From Clostridia bacterium (GTDB lineage Bacteria > Bacillota > Clostridia > Christensenellales > Borkfalkiaceae): a stretch of DNA of 64,000 bases. Position 1 is the stretch's first letter; every line of letters starts with the position of its first letter. A program made the position numbers and the translations under genes. The notes beneath the pieces were generated by a model that saw nothing but the letters and a program-made list of their open reading frames with translations, searched no databases and had not been told where the DNA came from. Location of the stretch: NCBI GenBank assembly GCA_017468085.1, contig JAFUJR010000029.1:3371-67370 (forward strand), in the 5' to 3' direction. Of this stretch, positions 29,847 through 38,397 are shown one piece after another.

Positions 29847-30725
29847 TTAAAGAGATGAAATAAATCGTTCTATCGTCGAAATTCTTTCAGAAACCTTTTT
29901 ACTACTCAAAAGCTGTGAAATAGCCTCTTCTCTTGTTAAATTCAAAATGGAGTTCCTTTCTTCATTCAAATAAGCCAATTCACTTCCGCTTCTGTTACGT
30001 ATAATACTTTTACAATATTCCAATTGAACTTTAAAGTCTTCAATGTCCTTTCCTATTCTATTGCAAACCATTTTGTTTATATAAGGAAATTGGCAATTCA
30101 TTCTATCCGCATAAGCAATACGAGTATCCCGCGCCAATCGAATCGGTGCCTTCCAAATTGCCTCTAAGCTCAATATTTCGGACTCTACTATATTATTGTT
30201 CAATAAAAACAAAATATGCTCCCAAGAAAGTAGGCAGACCTTTTTATCTAACGCACTTGAATAAATTTGACTAGCTGTATTAGGATACTGAAAATAGGGA
30301 GCAACCAATATTGCAAAATCATGTTCCGCTCCTCTCCAGTTGCTCAAAGTATCGATTTTGAAATCCTTTTGATTTTTTGCCGTTCGACTCAAACGAAATG
30401 TTTTAGCGTCGGCAACTAAAGTGTAACCGTGAATGCTTCGAGCTACAATATCCGCACTGTTCCCCCGTTCATTTACAGCAATCGAAGGAAGACCTAATTC
30501 AGTAAAACAGCGAGCTAAAACACAATCAGAGGCTTTTGAAAACAATTTCTCTTCAGATGAACTTGCCTCAATACATTCGGGAATTGTTCCTATTTCTTTT
30601 ACGATTTCTATTAGGTCCTCTTTCGCTAAAGAATTAATATAAATCTTAATTGATTCGGACGCTACTGCAAAAGTGGACTCACTAGATAAATCCATTATTT
30701 TATCAACAAAATCAGTAAACCCCAT
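29847..30725 (-). CDS. Type II restriction endonuclease, PD-(D/E)XK type; HindIII-family candidate
   Basis: The true start is taken as ATG 30725 (AGAGGAA upstream), because the track ORF extends through the tRNA-Ala gene. Contains SADIVA...LVADAKTFRLSRTAKNQKDFK (a D...DxK motif). R-then-M order and ~295-aa sizes resemble my recollection of the HindIII system. That family assignment comes from memory only. Confidence 0.6.
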   Translation of the reverse strand: MGFTDFVDKIMDLSSESTFAVASESIKIYINSLAKEDLIEIVKEIGTIPECIEASSSEEKLFSKASDCVLARCFTELGLPSIAVNERGNSADIVARSIHGYTLVADAKTFRLSRTAKNQKDFKIDTLSNWRGAEHDFAILVAPYFQYPNTASQIYSSALDKKVCLLSWEHILFLLNNNIVESEILSLEAIWKAPIRLARDTRIAYADRMNCQFPYINKMVCNRIGKDIEDFKVQLEYCKSIIRNRSGSELAYLNEERNSILNLTREEAISQLLSSKKVSERISTIERFISSL

Positions 30726-30850
30726 AATTATTCCTCTTTTGTTTTTTAATAGTATATCATAGTTTAAAAAAATGTCAATATGATTGAGAAATATTAAATG
30801 TAAAAAAGAGAAACCCAACGCGAACATAGTAGTTCGATTTAGGTTTCTCT

Positions 30851-30926
30851 TGGTGGAGCTAAGCGGATTCGAACCGCTGGCCTCCTCGTTGCGAACGAGG
30901 CGCTCTACCAACTGAGCCATAACCCC
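30851..30926 (-). tRNA. tRNA-Ala (anticodon CGC), 76 nt with encoded CCA
   Basis: The minus strand reads GGGGTTATGGCTCAGTTGGTAGAGCGCCTCGTTCGCAACGAGGAGGCCAGCGGTTCGAATCCGCTTAGCTCCACCA. It folds as a cloverleaf with anticodon loop TTCGCAA and the G3:U70 alanine identity pair. Confidence 0.9.
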
Positions 30927-30938
30927 AAATGCAATTTT

Positions 30939-30967
30939 ATTATATCCATTCCTTACGGCTTTGTCAA
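30939..30967 (-). promoter_or_regulatory. Consensus promoter for tRNA-Ala
   Basis: The minus strand reads TTGACA, a 17-nt spacer, then TATAAT, ending 12 nt before the tRNA 5' end. Confidence 0.65.
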
Positions 30968-31006
30968 GGATTTTTTAGAAATTTTTATAAAAAAACAAAA
31001 AACATC

Positions 31007-31035
31007 TTGATTTTTTCATTGTTCTGCTGTATAAT
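31007..31035 (+). promoter_or_regulatory. Promoter for the FNT-channel gene
   Basis: TTGATT, a 17-nt spacer, then TATAAT, leaving a ~90-nt leader before ATG 31127. Confidence 0.55.
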
Positions 31036-31126
31036 CATATAGGTTTGGAGGCGCATATACGTTACGCGGCGCACAATCCGAATTTTCATCGAACGTTTAC
31101 TTACGTATAACAGAAGGAAGAATATT

Positions 31127-31816
31127 ATGAAAGAAATGCAAAAAATGACGAAGGCGGAATTTGCCTACTTCGTGCTGATGGCGTTCAGCTCCGGCGTGGT
31201 AATTGGCATTGGCGGCGTAGCCTCTCTGCTTGCCAATAAGCTATTCGGGGACGCAGGACGGCTGATCGGCGCGCTCCTTTTCACGGTTGGCATTTACGCC
31301 ATCGTTATGTTTGAAATGAAATTATTTACGGGTATGGTTGCCTCTATCCCGAAAATGGGACGTAAAAATTTTTGGCAGCTTCCCGTTTGCTTCCTTGGGA
31401 ATATCGTCGGCGTAGGCGTGGTTGCCGTGCTTGCTTATTTCTCACCCTTGAAAGATATGGGCATAGTAAATCAAGCAAGCAACTTAATGTTGGGCAAGTT
31501 AAACGCAAAGTTTTGGTATTTACGCGCGTTCTGTTCTTCTATCCTTTGCGGCGCGCTGATCACTCTTTCCGTTTGGTCAGTGAAATATGCGCCGAAAAAG
31601 AGCTTGAGCGCAACGCTTGGCGTCATCTTCCCCATTGCGGTGTTTGCCTTCTGTGGGTTTGACCATTCCGTAGCGAATATGCTGTATATCTATTACCTTG
31701 GTCAATGGCGCTGGGAAATTATCCCCTACTGCCTTTTGAGCATCGCGGGCAACGTTGTCGGCGGCATTATCCTGCCCCTTATCTATCTTTTAAAAGAGCA
31801 TATTAAAACGCATTGA
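31127..31816 (+). CDS. Formate/nitrite transporter (FNT) family channel
   Basis: 229 aa with six hydrophobic segments. Contains the FCGFDHSVANM signature (central His) of FocA/NirC-like channels. Confidence 0.75.
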   Translation: MKEMQKMTKAEFAYFVLMAFSSGVVIGIGGVASLLANKLFGDAGRLIGALLFTVGIYAIVMFEMKLFTGMVASIPKMGRKNFWQLPVCFLGNIVGVGVVAVLAYFSPLKDMGIVNQASNLMLGKLNAKFWYLRAFCSSILCGALITLSVWSVKYAPKKSLSATLGVIFPIAVFAFCGFDHSVANMLYIYYLGQWRWEIIPYCLLSIAGNVVGGIILPLIYLLKEHIKTH

Positions 31817-31852
31817 TTTTTATTCAACGCGGACATGCCCCATTCATTTGTC

Positions 31853-31886
31853 AAAAACGGCGGTTTTTTAACCGCCGTTTTCGTTT
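31853..31886. terminator. Bidirectional terminator between convergent genes
   Basis: AAAAACGGCGGT ttttta ACCGCCGTTTTCGTTT. Confidence 0.75.
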
Positions 31887-31894
31887 GATTTCTA

Positions 31895-33172
31895 TTAGGA
31901 GTTACACTCAAAATCCGTCGATTCCGCGGCGTCGGGTTTTCTGCCAACCGACGTATTATCCTGCCTGCGGTTGCGAAGTTCCGGTACGGGCGAGGGCGCG
32001 ACTTGGAAACGGTAATCCATGCCATGGCGGCGAATAAAGCCCTGTATCACACAGTGGGACGGCACAATTTGCGTAGTGGGATTTACTGTTTCTTGGAAAC
32101 GGAAAAAGTCCGCGTTTTCAGGCAAGCATTTTACTTTGACATAGTCCTCTCGCTTACTTGTATATTGCACGGTATTTTCCAAAATTTTGCGCACGTAACC
32201 GACGTTTTCGTGCAGACGGATAGGTTCGGGGAAGTCGCCGCCGGGAATGACCTCCTCCCAATCTTTCCCCTCATACTTCTTTAAAAGCTCCGCCGCTTTG
32301 TGCAAATGGGAAATTTCAAAATCCAAGTTCATTTCCCACAGTTTGCAGATATACGGGTCGGTTTCCGTTTTGTAACAAGACCAATAGAGGTAACACTCGC
32401 AGTACTCGTGCCAAAGGAGCATTTCCAGCCAAGTAGCGTTGGCGTCCATCAAACTTTCGTATTGCGTAACGTGTTCTTCCTCGACCATGGCTATTTCTTG
32501 ATAGAGTTTTCTGCCGATTTCCGTACACGCAAAATTGGTAACGTTCATATAATAATTCATCGTCTGCTGTTCTGCTGCGGTGATTATCATTGTAGAAAGA
32601 ACCGTTTGCACGTCCGATTTTTTAGCGTTTATCGCGCGCTTGACGTTATCCTTAGGGAAACGGTGATGGGCAATCGTCGGTCTGCCCGGCATAATTTCCG
32701 TGTATCTGCCCACGAGCCACTCGGCGGCGATACCCTGCTCCATTTCCAACAAATTTGCATATCTGTACAAGTGGTCAAAATCTTCAAGCAAGGCAAAATC
32801 CAGGGCGGTTTTCACGTTGCAATCCATCTCTCTTTTTGCAAGCTCCGCCGTCAAGTCCACGGCAAGTTGTTCGTAGGAAATAGTGTGTTCTAAGATACTT
32901 TCATTCTCGGGCTTAAGCAGAGAAATTTTTAACTGCTGTTGTTTTTCCACGTAACGCGTAAGCGCAAGATCGCGCCGCAAATCGTTGTCCGTAGTGTGCC
33001 GAGCGAGTTGGTGCGAAAACCAATTGGCTTCAAATTCCGTGCCGTTCATCAAAATGATACGGGTTTTTGTGTACGGATCCACCTCGCGCTTATTGTAGGA
33101 CTTGGGATAAAGCTCTTTCCAATTTTGCAAAGCTTTTTCCACGGGCATAGGTTTTTCTTTAAACGGATTCAT
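31895..33172 (-). CDS. Hypothetical protein, possibly a ferritin-like four-helix di-iron fold
   Basis: 425-aa ORF with normal codon usage. Contains carboxylate/His pairs such as LLEDFDHLYRY and AMVEEEHVTQYE, spaced like a ferritin-like bundle. No family could be named with certainty. Confidence 0.45.
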   Translation of the reverse strand: MNPFKEKPMPVEKALQNWKELYPKSYNKREVDPYTKTRIILMNGTEFEANWFSHQLARHTTDNDLRRDLALTRYVEKQQQLKISLLKPENESILEHTISYEQLAVDLTAELAKREMDCNVKTALDFALLEDFDHLYRYANLLEMEQGIAAEWLVGRYTEIMPGRPTIAHHRFPKDNVKRAINAKKSDVQTVLSTMIITAAEQQTMNYYMNVTNFACTEIGRKLYQEIAMVEEEHVTQYESLMDANATWLEMLLWHEYCECYLYWSCYKTETDPYICKLWEMNLDFEISHLHKAAELLKKYEGKDWEEVIPGGDFPEPIRLHENVGYVRKILENTVQYTSKREDYVKVKCLPENADFFRFQETVNPTTQIVPSHCVIQGFIRRHGMDYRFQVAPSPVPELRNRRQDNTSVGRKPDAAESTDFECNS

Positions 33173-33303
33173 AGGCTTATACTCCTTTTTGCATATTTTT
33201 TATCGCTATAAACAGAGTATGCCCAAATGGAAATTTTTGTATACTTTATAATCTTTACGCAATAAAAAAAATGCCGGTAAACGCGTACCTGCCCCTTCCT
33301 TTT

Positions 33304-33336
33304 ATAAAAACGGCGGTATAAAAACCGCCGTTTTGC
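33304..33336 (-). terminator. Rho-independent terminator after gdhA
   Basis: Minus strand: AAAACGGCGGT tttat ACCGCCGTTTTTAT. Confidence 0.75.
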
Positions 33337-33354
33337 ATTCTGTTTTTAATAAAT

Positions 33355-34695
<1,341 letters not shown>

Positions 34696-34720
34696 TTATC
34701 TCCTCAAAAAATGGATTTTT

Positions 34721-34735
34721 GATTGCATTGCAATC
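34721..34735. promoter_or_regulatory. Perfect 7-1-7 palindrome in the gdhA leader (candidate operator or small hairpin)
   Basis: GATTGCA T TGCAATC lies 29 nt upstream of the gdhA ATG. It is downstream of a TTGCAA-17-TAAGAT promoter-like sequence. Confidence 0.3.
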
Positions 34736-34823
34736 GAATTTCTTGATACAATAATATCTTATCACTTTCAAAATTGTTTTGCAAGGATTTTTATACGAAA
34801 ACATAAAAAACACTTAAAAATAT

Positions 34824-34852
34824 TTGCCTTTTTTATGAGGAAGTAGTATAAT
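34824..34852 (+). promoter_or_regulatory. Promoter in front of the interrupted tRNA-Arg gene
   Basis: TTGCCT, a 17-nt spacer, then TATAAT, 55 nt upstream of the tRNA 5' half. Confidence 0.5.
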
Positions 34853-34907
34853 AATAACAACAAATTATATTAGATATAAGTTTTTCTTATGTTATATGCA
34901 AAATTAC

Positions 34908-34946
34908 GCTTCCGTAGTTAAATGGATATAACAGCCCCCTCCTAAG
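34908..34946 (+). pseudogene. 5' half of a tRNA-Arg(CCU) gene (acceptor, D arm, anticodon stem-loop up to position 39)
   Basis: GCTTCCGTAGTTAAATGGATATAACAGCCCCCTCCTAAG is identical to the complete copy at 35088 except at acceptor positions 3-5. tRNA similarity stops abruptly at 34946. Confidence 0.8.
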
Positions 34947-35087
34947 CAGTGAGTATATCCGATTAGATAGCTGTGAAGTCTATCGGGATAAGCTGAAACA
35001 TTGTGTCAAATTTCGGTGTCATAGTGTAAAATAGAAATTTTGTACACCCTTTGTACACCCGAACAAAAAATCGCCAAAATTGAATAT

Positions 35088-35162
35088 GCGCTCGTAGTTA
35101 AATGGATATAACAGCCCCCTCCTAAGGGGCCGTTGTGAGTTCGATTCTCGCCGGGCGTACCA
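35088..35162 (+). tRNA. tRNA-Arg (anticodon CCT), 75 nt with encoded CCA, carried inside the insertion
   Basis: GCGCTCGTAGTTAAATGGATATAACAGCCCCCTCCTAAGGGGCCGTTGTGAGTTCGATTCTCGCCGGGCGTACCA. Cloverleaf with anticodon loop CTCCTAA and T loop TTCGATT; the 1:72 pair is G-U. A terminator follows. Confidence 0.85.
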
Positions 35163-35164
35163 TA

Positions 35165-35199
35165 GCGGTCTATAATAACTTTTGTAGACTGCTTTTTTT
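35165..35199 (+). terminator. Rho-independent terminator after the intact tRNA-Arg
   Basis: GCGGTCTA ... TAGACTGC (8 bp including one G-U pair) followed by TTTTTTT. Confidence 0.65.
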
Positions 35200-35226
35200 G
35201 AAAATATACGGATAAGGAGCACAAAA

Positions 35227-35460
35227 ATGCCGATCATTTTTAAGTCTACACATATTTGCGAAAAGTGCAATCACGAGTTCGAATGGATATACTTTGAGTT
35301 CATAAGGCAACCGCTTTCATCAAATCTCTTTGTTGAAAAAATACCTAATGGACTTAAGGCTCACCATATCGAAAAGATCAACGATAAAACATATAAAGTT
35401 GCTGTAAATTGTCCTAAATGTGATTACGACAACTTTTTTGAGTATGTTTTAGAAGATTGA
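35227..35460 (+). CDS. Small zinc-ribbon protein (77 aa), function unknown
   Basis: AAGGAG lies 8 nt upstream of the ATG. Contains two CxxC pairs (CEKCNHEF ... CPKCDYDN). Confidence 0.55.
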   Translation: MPIIFKSTHICEKCNHEFEWIYFEFIRQPLSSNLFVEKIPNGLKAHHIEKINDKTYKVAVNCPKCDYDNFFEYVLED

Positions 35461-35597
35461 AAGGCGGGTTTCCCACTTCGCGAAACTCTCGAAGAGGGTG
35501 AAAAATTGCCGAGTGACGGCAATTTGTACCCTACGCTTATCCTGTTCCCTAAAATTGAGTTATAAAAAGTTCTATACGCAAATTGATCGCTCTTTTG

Positions 35598-35626
35598 TTG
35601 ACTTGCTACAGTATTTATGTTATAAT
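35598..35626 (+). promoter_or_regulatory. Consensus promoter for the second zinc-ribbon gene
   Basis: TTGACT, a 17-nt spacer, then TATAAT, 60 nt upstream of ATG 35687. Confidence 0.6.
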
Positions 35627-35686
35627 TATTATAGCAAAATGAAGTCGATTAAAAATGAAATAATAATAAATAAGGAGAATGTAGCT

Positions 35687-35941
35687 ATGAAAGAAGATTT
35701 GATTTGTAACGAATGCGGACACGAATGGTCAATGAAGAGGGATCGCGATGGACTCTTTAATGGTTATGGTTGTCCTCCGTGTCCTAACTGTTATTCTGGA
35801 AGAGGAGTTTCTCCGAGTGACTATGGTGACTTCAAATGTCTTTGGTGTGGACACGAATTTCGCAGATATGGAAATGGGGGCCTTCATTTAGGAATGATCC
35901 CTAAATGTCCTGAATGCGGCGGACCTTGTAATGAAAACTAA
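35687..35941 (+). CDS. Small double zinc-ribbon protein (84 aa), function unknown
   Basis: The start is taken at ATG 35687 (AAGGAGA 9 nt upstream) rather than the track start 35498. Contains four CxxC pairs: CNEC, CPPCPNC, CLWC, CPEC. Confidence 0.55.
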   Translation: MKEDLICNECGHEWSMKRDRDGLFNGYGCPPCPNCYSGRGVSPSDYGDFKCLWCGHEFRRYGNGGLHLGMIPKCPECGGPCNEN

Positions 35942-36011
35942 TCGTCCACCCTTTGTAAACCCCAACGATACCAAGCGTTATACATAACATTAACAAACGC
36001 ACAAACTACCA

Positions 36012-36050
36012 AGCGTAAAATCTGCCTTTTCGGTGGATTTTACGCTCATT
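36012..36050 (+). terminator. Rho-independent terminator after the zinc-ribbon genes
   Basis: An 11-bp stem AGCGTAAAATC/GATTTTACGCT followed by CATTTTAC. Confidence 0.55.
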
Positions 36051-36098
36051 TTACACAAAAATCACCCATTTGCAGATAGACTCAAACACCTGAATAAA

Positions 36099-36142
36099 CT
36101 CCTAAGGGGCCGTTGTGGGTTCGATTCCCGCCGGGAGTACCA
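36099..36142 (+). pseudogene. 3' half of the split tRNA-Arg(CCU) gene (anticodon loop to CCA)
   Basis: CTCCTAAGGGGCCGTTGTGGGTTCGATTCCCGCCGGGAGTACCA. Its acceptor strand CGGGAGT pairs at all seven positions with GCTTCCG of the 5' half at 34908. Confidence 0.8.
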
Positions 36143-36183
36143 GTCGTCTTTGACGGCTAAAAAAACTAAAGGAGGTGATTGAA

Positions 36184-36369
36184 ATGGGAGAGTTTTTACT
36201 CCAACTCATGACCCTTATGGCGTCTTGTATAAGGCGTTCACAGCAAAGTTTTCCTCCGCTTGCGGAGGTTTTTTATTATTTCCTTTCTTGTAAGGGCTAT
36301 AGGTTCTTGCAAGTCTTTAAAAACGGCAACGCCCTGAGCGCAGCGAAGATACTCTGCGGAGTACCATAG
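36184..36369 (+). CDS. Doubtful small ORF (61 aa) with a hydrophobic N-terminus
   Basis: Strong AAAGGAGGTGA Shine-Dalgarno 8 nt before ATG 36184. However, an intrinsic-terminator-like hairpin (CCTCCG cttg CGGAGG plus a T-run, 36263-36287) lies inside the frame. Confidence 0.25.
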   Translation: MGEFLLQLMTLMASCIRRSQQSFPPLAEVFYYFLSCKGYRFLQVFKNGNALSAAKILCGVP

Positions 36370-36373
36370 ACAC

Positions 36374-36408
36374 AAAAAAAAAAGCAAGCCGAATCGGCTT
36401 GCTTTTTT
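36374..36408. terminator. Bidirectional terminator
   Basis: A-run, GCAAGCCG aat CGGCTTGC, T-run. It serves the minus-strand lipoprotein gene ending at 36424. Confidence 0.8.
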
Positions 36409-36423
36409 GCTACGTTGCTTATA

Positions 36424-37215
36424 TTATTCTTTTACGATCCAATCGAAATCGATTTCCAAAATATAACCTTGCTTCATTGTGCCTTGGGGCGTTGCCGTAT
36501 ACAAACCAAGCGAGGTCTGCCATTTTGTGATTTTGTTTTCCGTATCGAAAAGAATTTCGGAATCCTGACGGTAGCTACAACCGACGCCGCCGCCAATGCT
36601 GGAGGGAATCTCGGAAAAATCTCGGATTTGAAGAACGAAATTACCTTCCACGTCCGTATGATAAGAGAAAACGTTTCTGAAAGGCGCAATTTCGCCCTCT
36701 TTGGAGTTTTTAAATTCCTCGTTTAACGCTTCCATTTCGTCGATAACGCCGGGATAGCAAATCAAATAACGGGCTACTACCTGAGAAAAAGGCGCAAAGA
36801 AATTTTCTTGCAACATATTTTTGAAGTCCGTACCGCGGATCTCGTCTATTTTTTCCGACTGCTCCTCATTGCCCTCCACGTAATATTTCGTTGTAATCGT
36901 ACATCCTGCATACTTCTCGACCATATAAGTAACCGTTTCTTCTTCCCCCTCAACGGCTGTATAAATAACGGACGCAAAAGAAACAGAGCTATCTTCCTGC
37001 ACGAAATTTTCGTTCATATTGGTAGACAAAATACCCTTTGCTTCGCTTGCGGTGATATCTTTGGTGGTGAATGCCGTAAGGTATTTTCCGTTATATCCAA
37101 ATTGTCCAAATCTCTTGGCGGTATTTGTTTGGCTTCCGTCATCACATGCAGAGAACAAGAATGCGCAGCTGGCAAACACGGACAACGCCAACGCCAAGAT
37201 TTTCCTTCCTTTCAT
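36424..37215 (-). CDS. Lipoprotein of unknown function
   Basis: 263 aa; MKGRKILALALSVFASCAFLFSACDDG lipobox. No recognisable family. Confidence 0.65.
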   Translation of the reverse strand: MKGRKILALALSVFASCAFLFSACDDGSQTNTAKRFGQFGYNGKYLTAFTTKDITASEAKGILSTNMNENFVQEDSSVSFASVIYTAVEGEEETVTYMVEKYAGCTITTKYYVEGNEEQSEKIDEIRGTDFKNMLQENFFAPFSQVVARYLICYPGVIDEMEALNEEFKNSKEGEIAPFRNVFSYHTDVEGNFVLQIRDFSEIPSSIGGGVGCSYRQDSEILFDTENKITKWQTSLGLYTATPQGTMKQGYILEIDFDWIVKE

Positions 37216-37361
37216 ATTTTCCTCCGAATATTAGCAAAAATGTTATTTTCTTTATTTTACCACCTTTTACGACAAATTGCAACCCTTTTTTTGAAAAATT
37301 AATTGCTTTTATGCAATAATATTCTTTTGTTACATTAAAAACGTTTTTTCATTAAAAATGC

Positions 37362-37397
37362 ATACCGCCCCGAGCTTGAATAAGCTCGGGGCGGTAT
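37362..37397 (-). terminator. Rho-independent terminator ending the long peptidase/GTPase transcription unit
   Basis: A 14-bp stem ACCGCCCCGAGCTT/AAGCTCGGGGCGGT, with a T-run shortly after on the minus strand. Confidence 0.7.
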
Positions 37398-37419
37398 CCG
37401 TTGTCTACTTTATACTTGT

Positions 37420-38382
37420 TTAATAAAAGGTAGCAAGCGCCTCGTCGGGCTCTTCGCAAACAATTACCTTTTCCGCAATCAAGACGGGACCTTTGCCTTT
37501 ATACACGCGGTGCTTTTGAAATTGCATTTTACCCGTAACGGAAATCCAATCACGCGATTGCAAATCCCTTTCCTCAGGCAGTACGCACGCAAAACCGCAA
37601 TATTCTATGTCGTCCGCACAACAGGTCATGATATGCCGACCAACCACGATATCCAATGCGCCAAGGCGGTTATCCCGCGCAACAAGCGCTTTAAATTTGA
37701 CCGTTTTACCGATATACGCCTCGACGTTTTCCATTAAATCACGATAGAAAAACGCATAATCTCTGTCCTCGATTTCCACTACGGGCGCGTTGATATCAAA
37801 AGGCAACGGGTCTTCGATGTCATCGAAGTCAGCTTTTCCGTCCGCACTTTCGTAAACGATATCCGTGCGGCGGGAAATGCCGCGAACGACTTTATGGAAC
37901 TCCATTTTATCCATTTTTTCGTCAAAACGGTTGAATACGACGAGTTGCGCGTTTTCGATTTTATCGTAAACGAGTTGGCGCATATTCGCGTTGTAATTCA
38001 AAAAGGTATTGGAATCGAAGAAGGTCATGATTTGGTTGATCATCCAACCCTCGGGCATCGCATTGAAAAAATCTTCCAAAGCCCACATCCCGTTGTATTC
38101 CACAACGACGCGGTCTGCGCCCTTTTCCATTTGGAGCTGGGTGAGATAGCTTTCCGTGAGTTTTGCTTTATCGTCAATCAGCACGTAATCAACGTTTTCC
38201 GCGCCTGCGAATTTAATCGTTTCGTAGTCGATTTCCCCCTCTTCCATGACAAGAAGCAAGGTTTTTTCACCCGTCGAAAAGCGGGGGTCTTCCATCGTAC
38301 CTTGGATAAAGGTAGTTTTGCCCGATTCAAGAAAGCCCAAAAACAGATATACGGGCGTTTCGGTGGGGAGTTTGTTCTTCAT
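37420..38382 (-). CDS. P-loop GTPase-like domain (CobW/COG0523-related, no CxCC) fused to a DUF1980/TIGR03943-type C-terminal domain
   Basis: N-terminal Walker A VYLFLGFLESGKTTFIQ. The C-terminal 110 aa contain RHIMTCCADDIEYCGFACV...DWISVTGKM...PDEALATFY, which is the CCxxD pattern of DUF1980. There are no transmembrane segments. Confidence 0.6.
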   Translation of the reverse strand: MKNKLPTETPVYLFLGFLESGKTTFIQGTMEDPRFSTGEKTLLLVMEEGEIDYETIKFAGAENVDYVLIDDKAKLTESYLTQLQMEKGADRVVVEYNGMWALEDFFNAMPEGWMINQIMTFFDSNTFLNYNANMRQLVYDKIENAQLVVFNRFDEKMDKMEFHKVVRGISRRTDIVYESADGKADFDDIEDPLPFDINAPVVEIEDRDYAFFYRDLMENVEAYIGKTVKFKALVARDNRLGALDIVVGRHIMTCCADDIEYCGFACVLPEERDLQSRDWISVTGKMQFQKHRVYKGKGPVLIAEKVIVCEEPDEALATFY

Positions 38383-38397
38383 AATTTTTTCCTGCCT

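Larger units (their letters stand above)
28874..30850 (-). mobile_element. AT-rich restriction-modification cassette, probably horizontally acquired, abutting the 3' end of tRNA-Ala
   Basis: Two co-directional genes (R then M) whose composition is visibly lower in G+C than both flanks. The cassette is bounded by the tRNA-Ala gene. No integrase or flanking repeat was found, so mobility is inferred only. Confidence 0.35.
34947..36098 (+). mobile_element. 1152-bp AT-rich insertion splitting tRNA-Arg, flanked by 8-bp direct repeat CTCCTAAG; putative integrative-element remnant or novel insertion
   Basis: CTCCTAAG occurs at 34939-34946 and at 36099-36106. The interior carries a complete tRNA-Arg(CCU), two small zinc-ribbon ORFs with consensus expression signals, and terminators. 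It has no recombinase and no terminal inverted repeats. Confidence 0.5.

Noticed and set aside
30726-30920. N-terminal 65 codons of the track ORF 29847-30920 (MAQLVERLVRNEEASGSNPLSSTK...)
   Set aside because: This stretch is the translation of the tRNA-Ala gene (30851-30926) and its terminator. The endonuclease gene starts at ATG 30725, which has its own ribosome-binding site.
31036-31126. Possible riboswitch in the 90-nt leader of the FNT gene
   Set aside because: I could not recognise any known aptamer motif or a terminator/antiterminator pair, so it is left as a plain leader.
35006-35270. Minus-strand ORFs 35006-35224 and 35019-35270
   Set aside because: They run antisense through the intact tRNA-Arg gene and its terminator and have no ribosome-binding site. 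They are artefacts of the tRNA sequence.
34947-36106. Group I or group II intron as the explanation for the split tRNA-Arg
   Set aside because: With the 8-nt ambiguity, no cut point gives both a U-ending 5' exon and a G-ending intron, as group I requires. The insert does not begin GUGYG at a position compatible with the exon junction, and it encodes no reverse transcriptase or maturase. It also contains a complete independent tRNA with promoter and terminator. RNA-level removal is kept only as a remote alternative.
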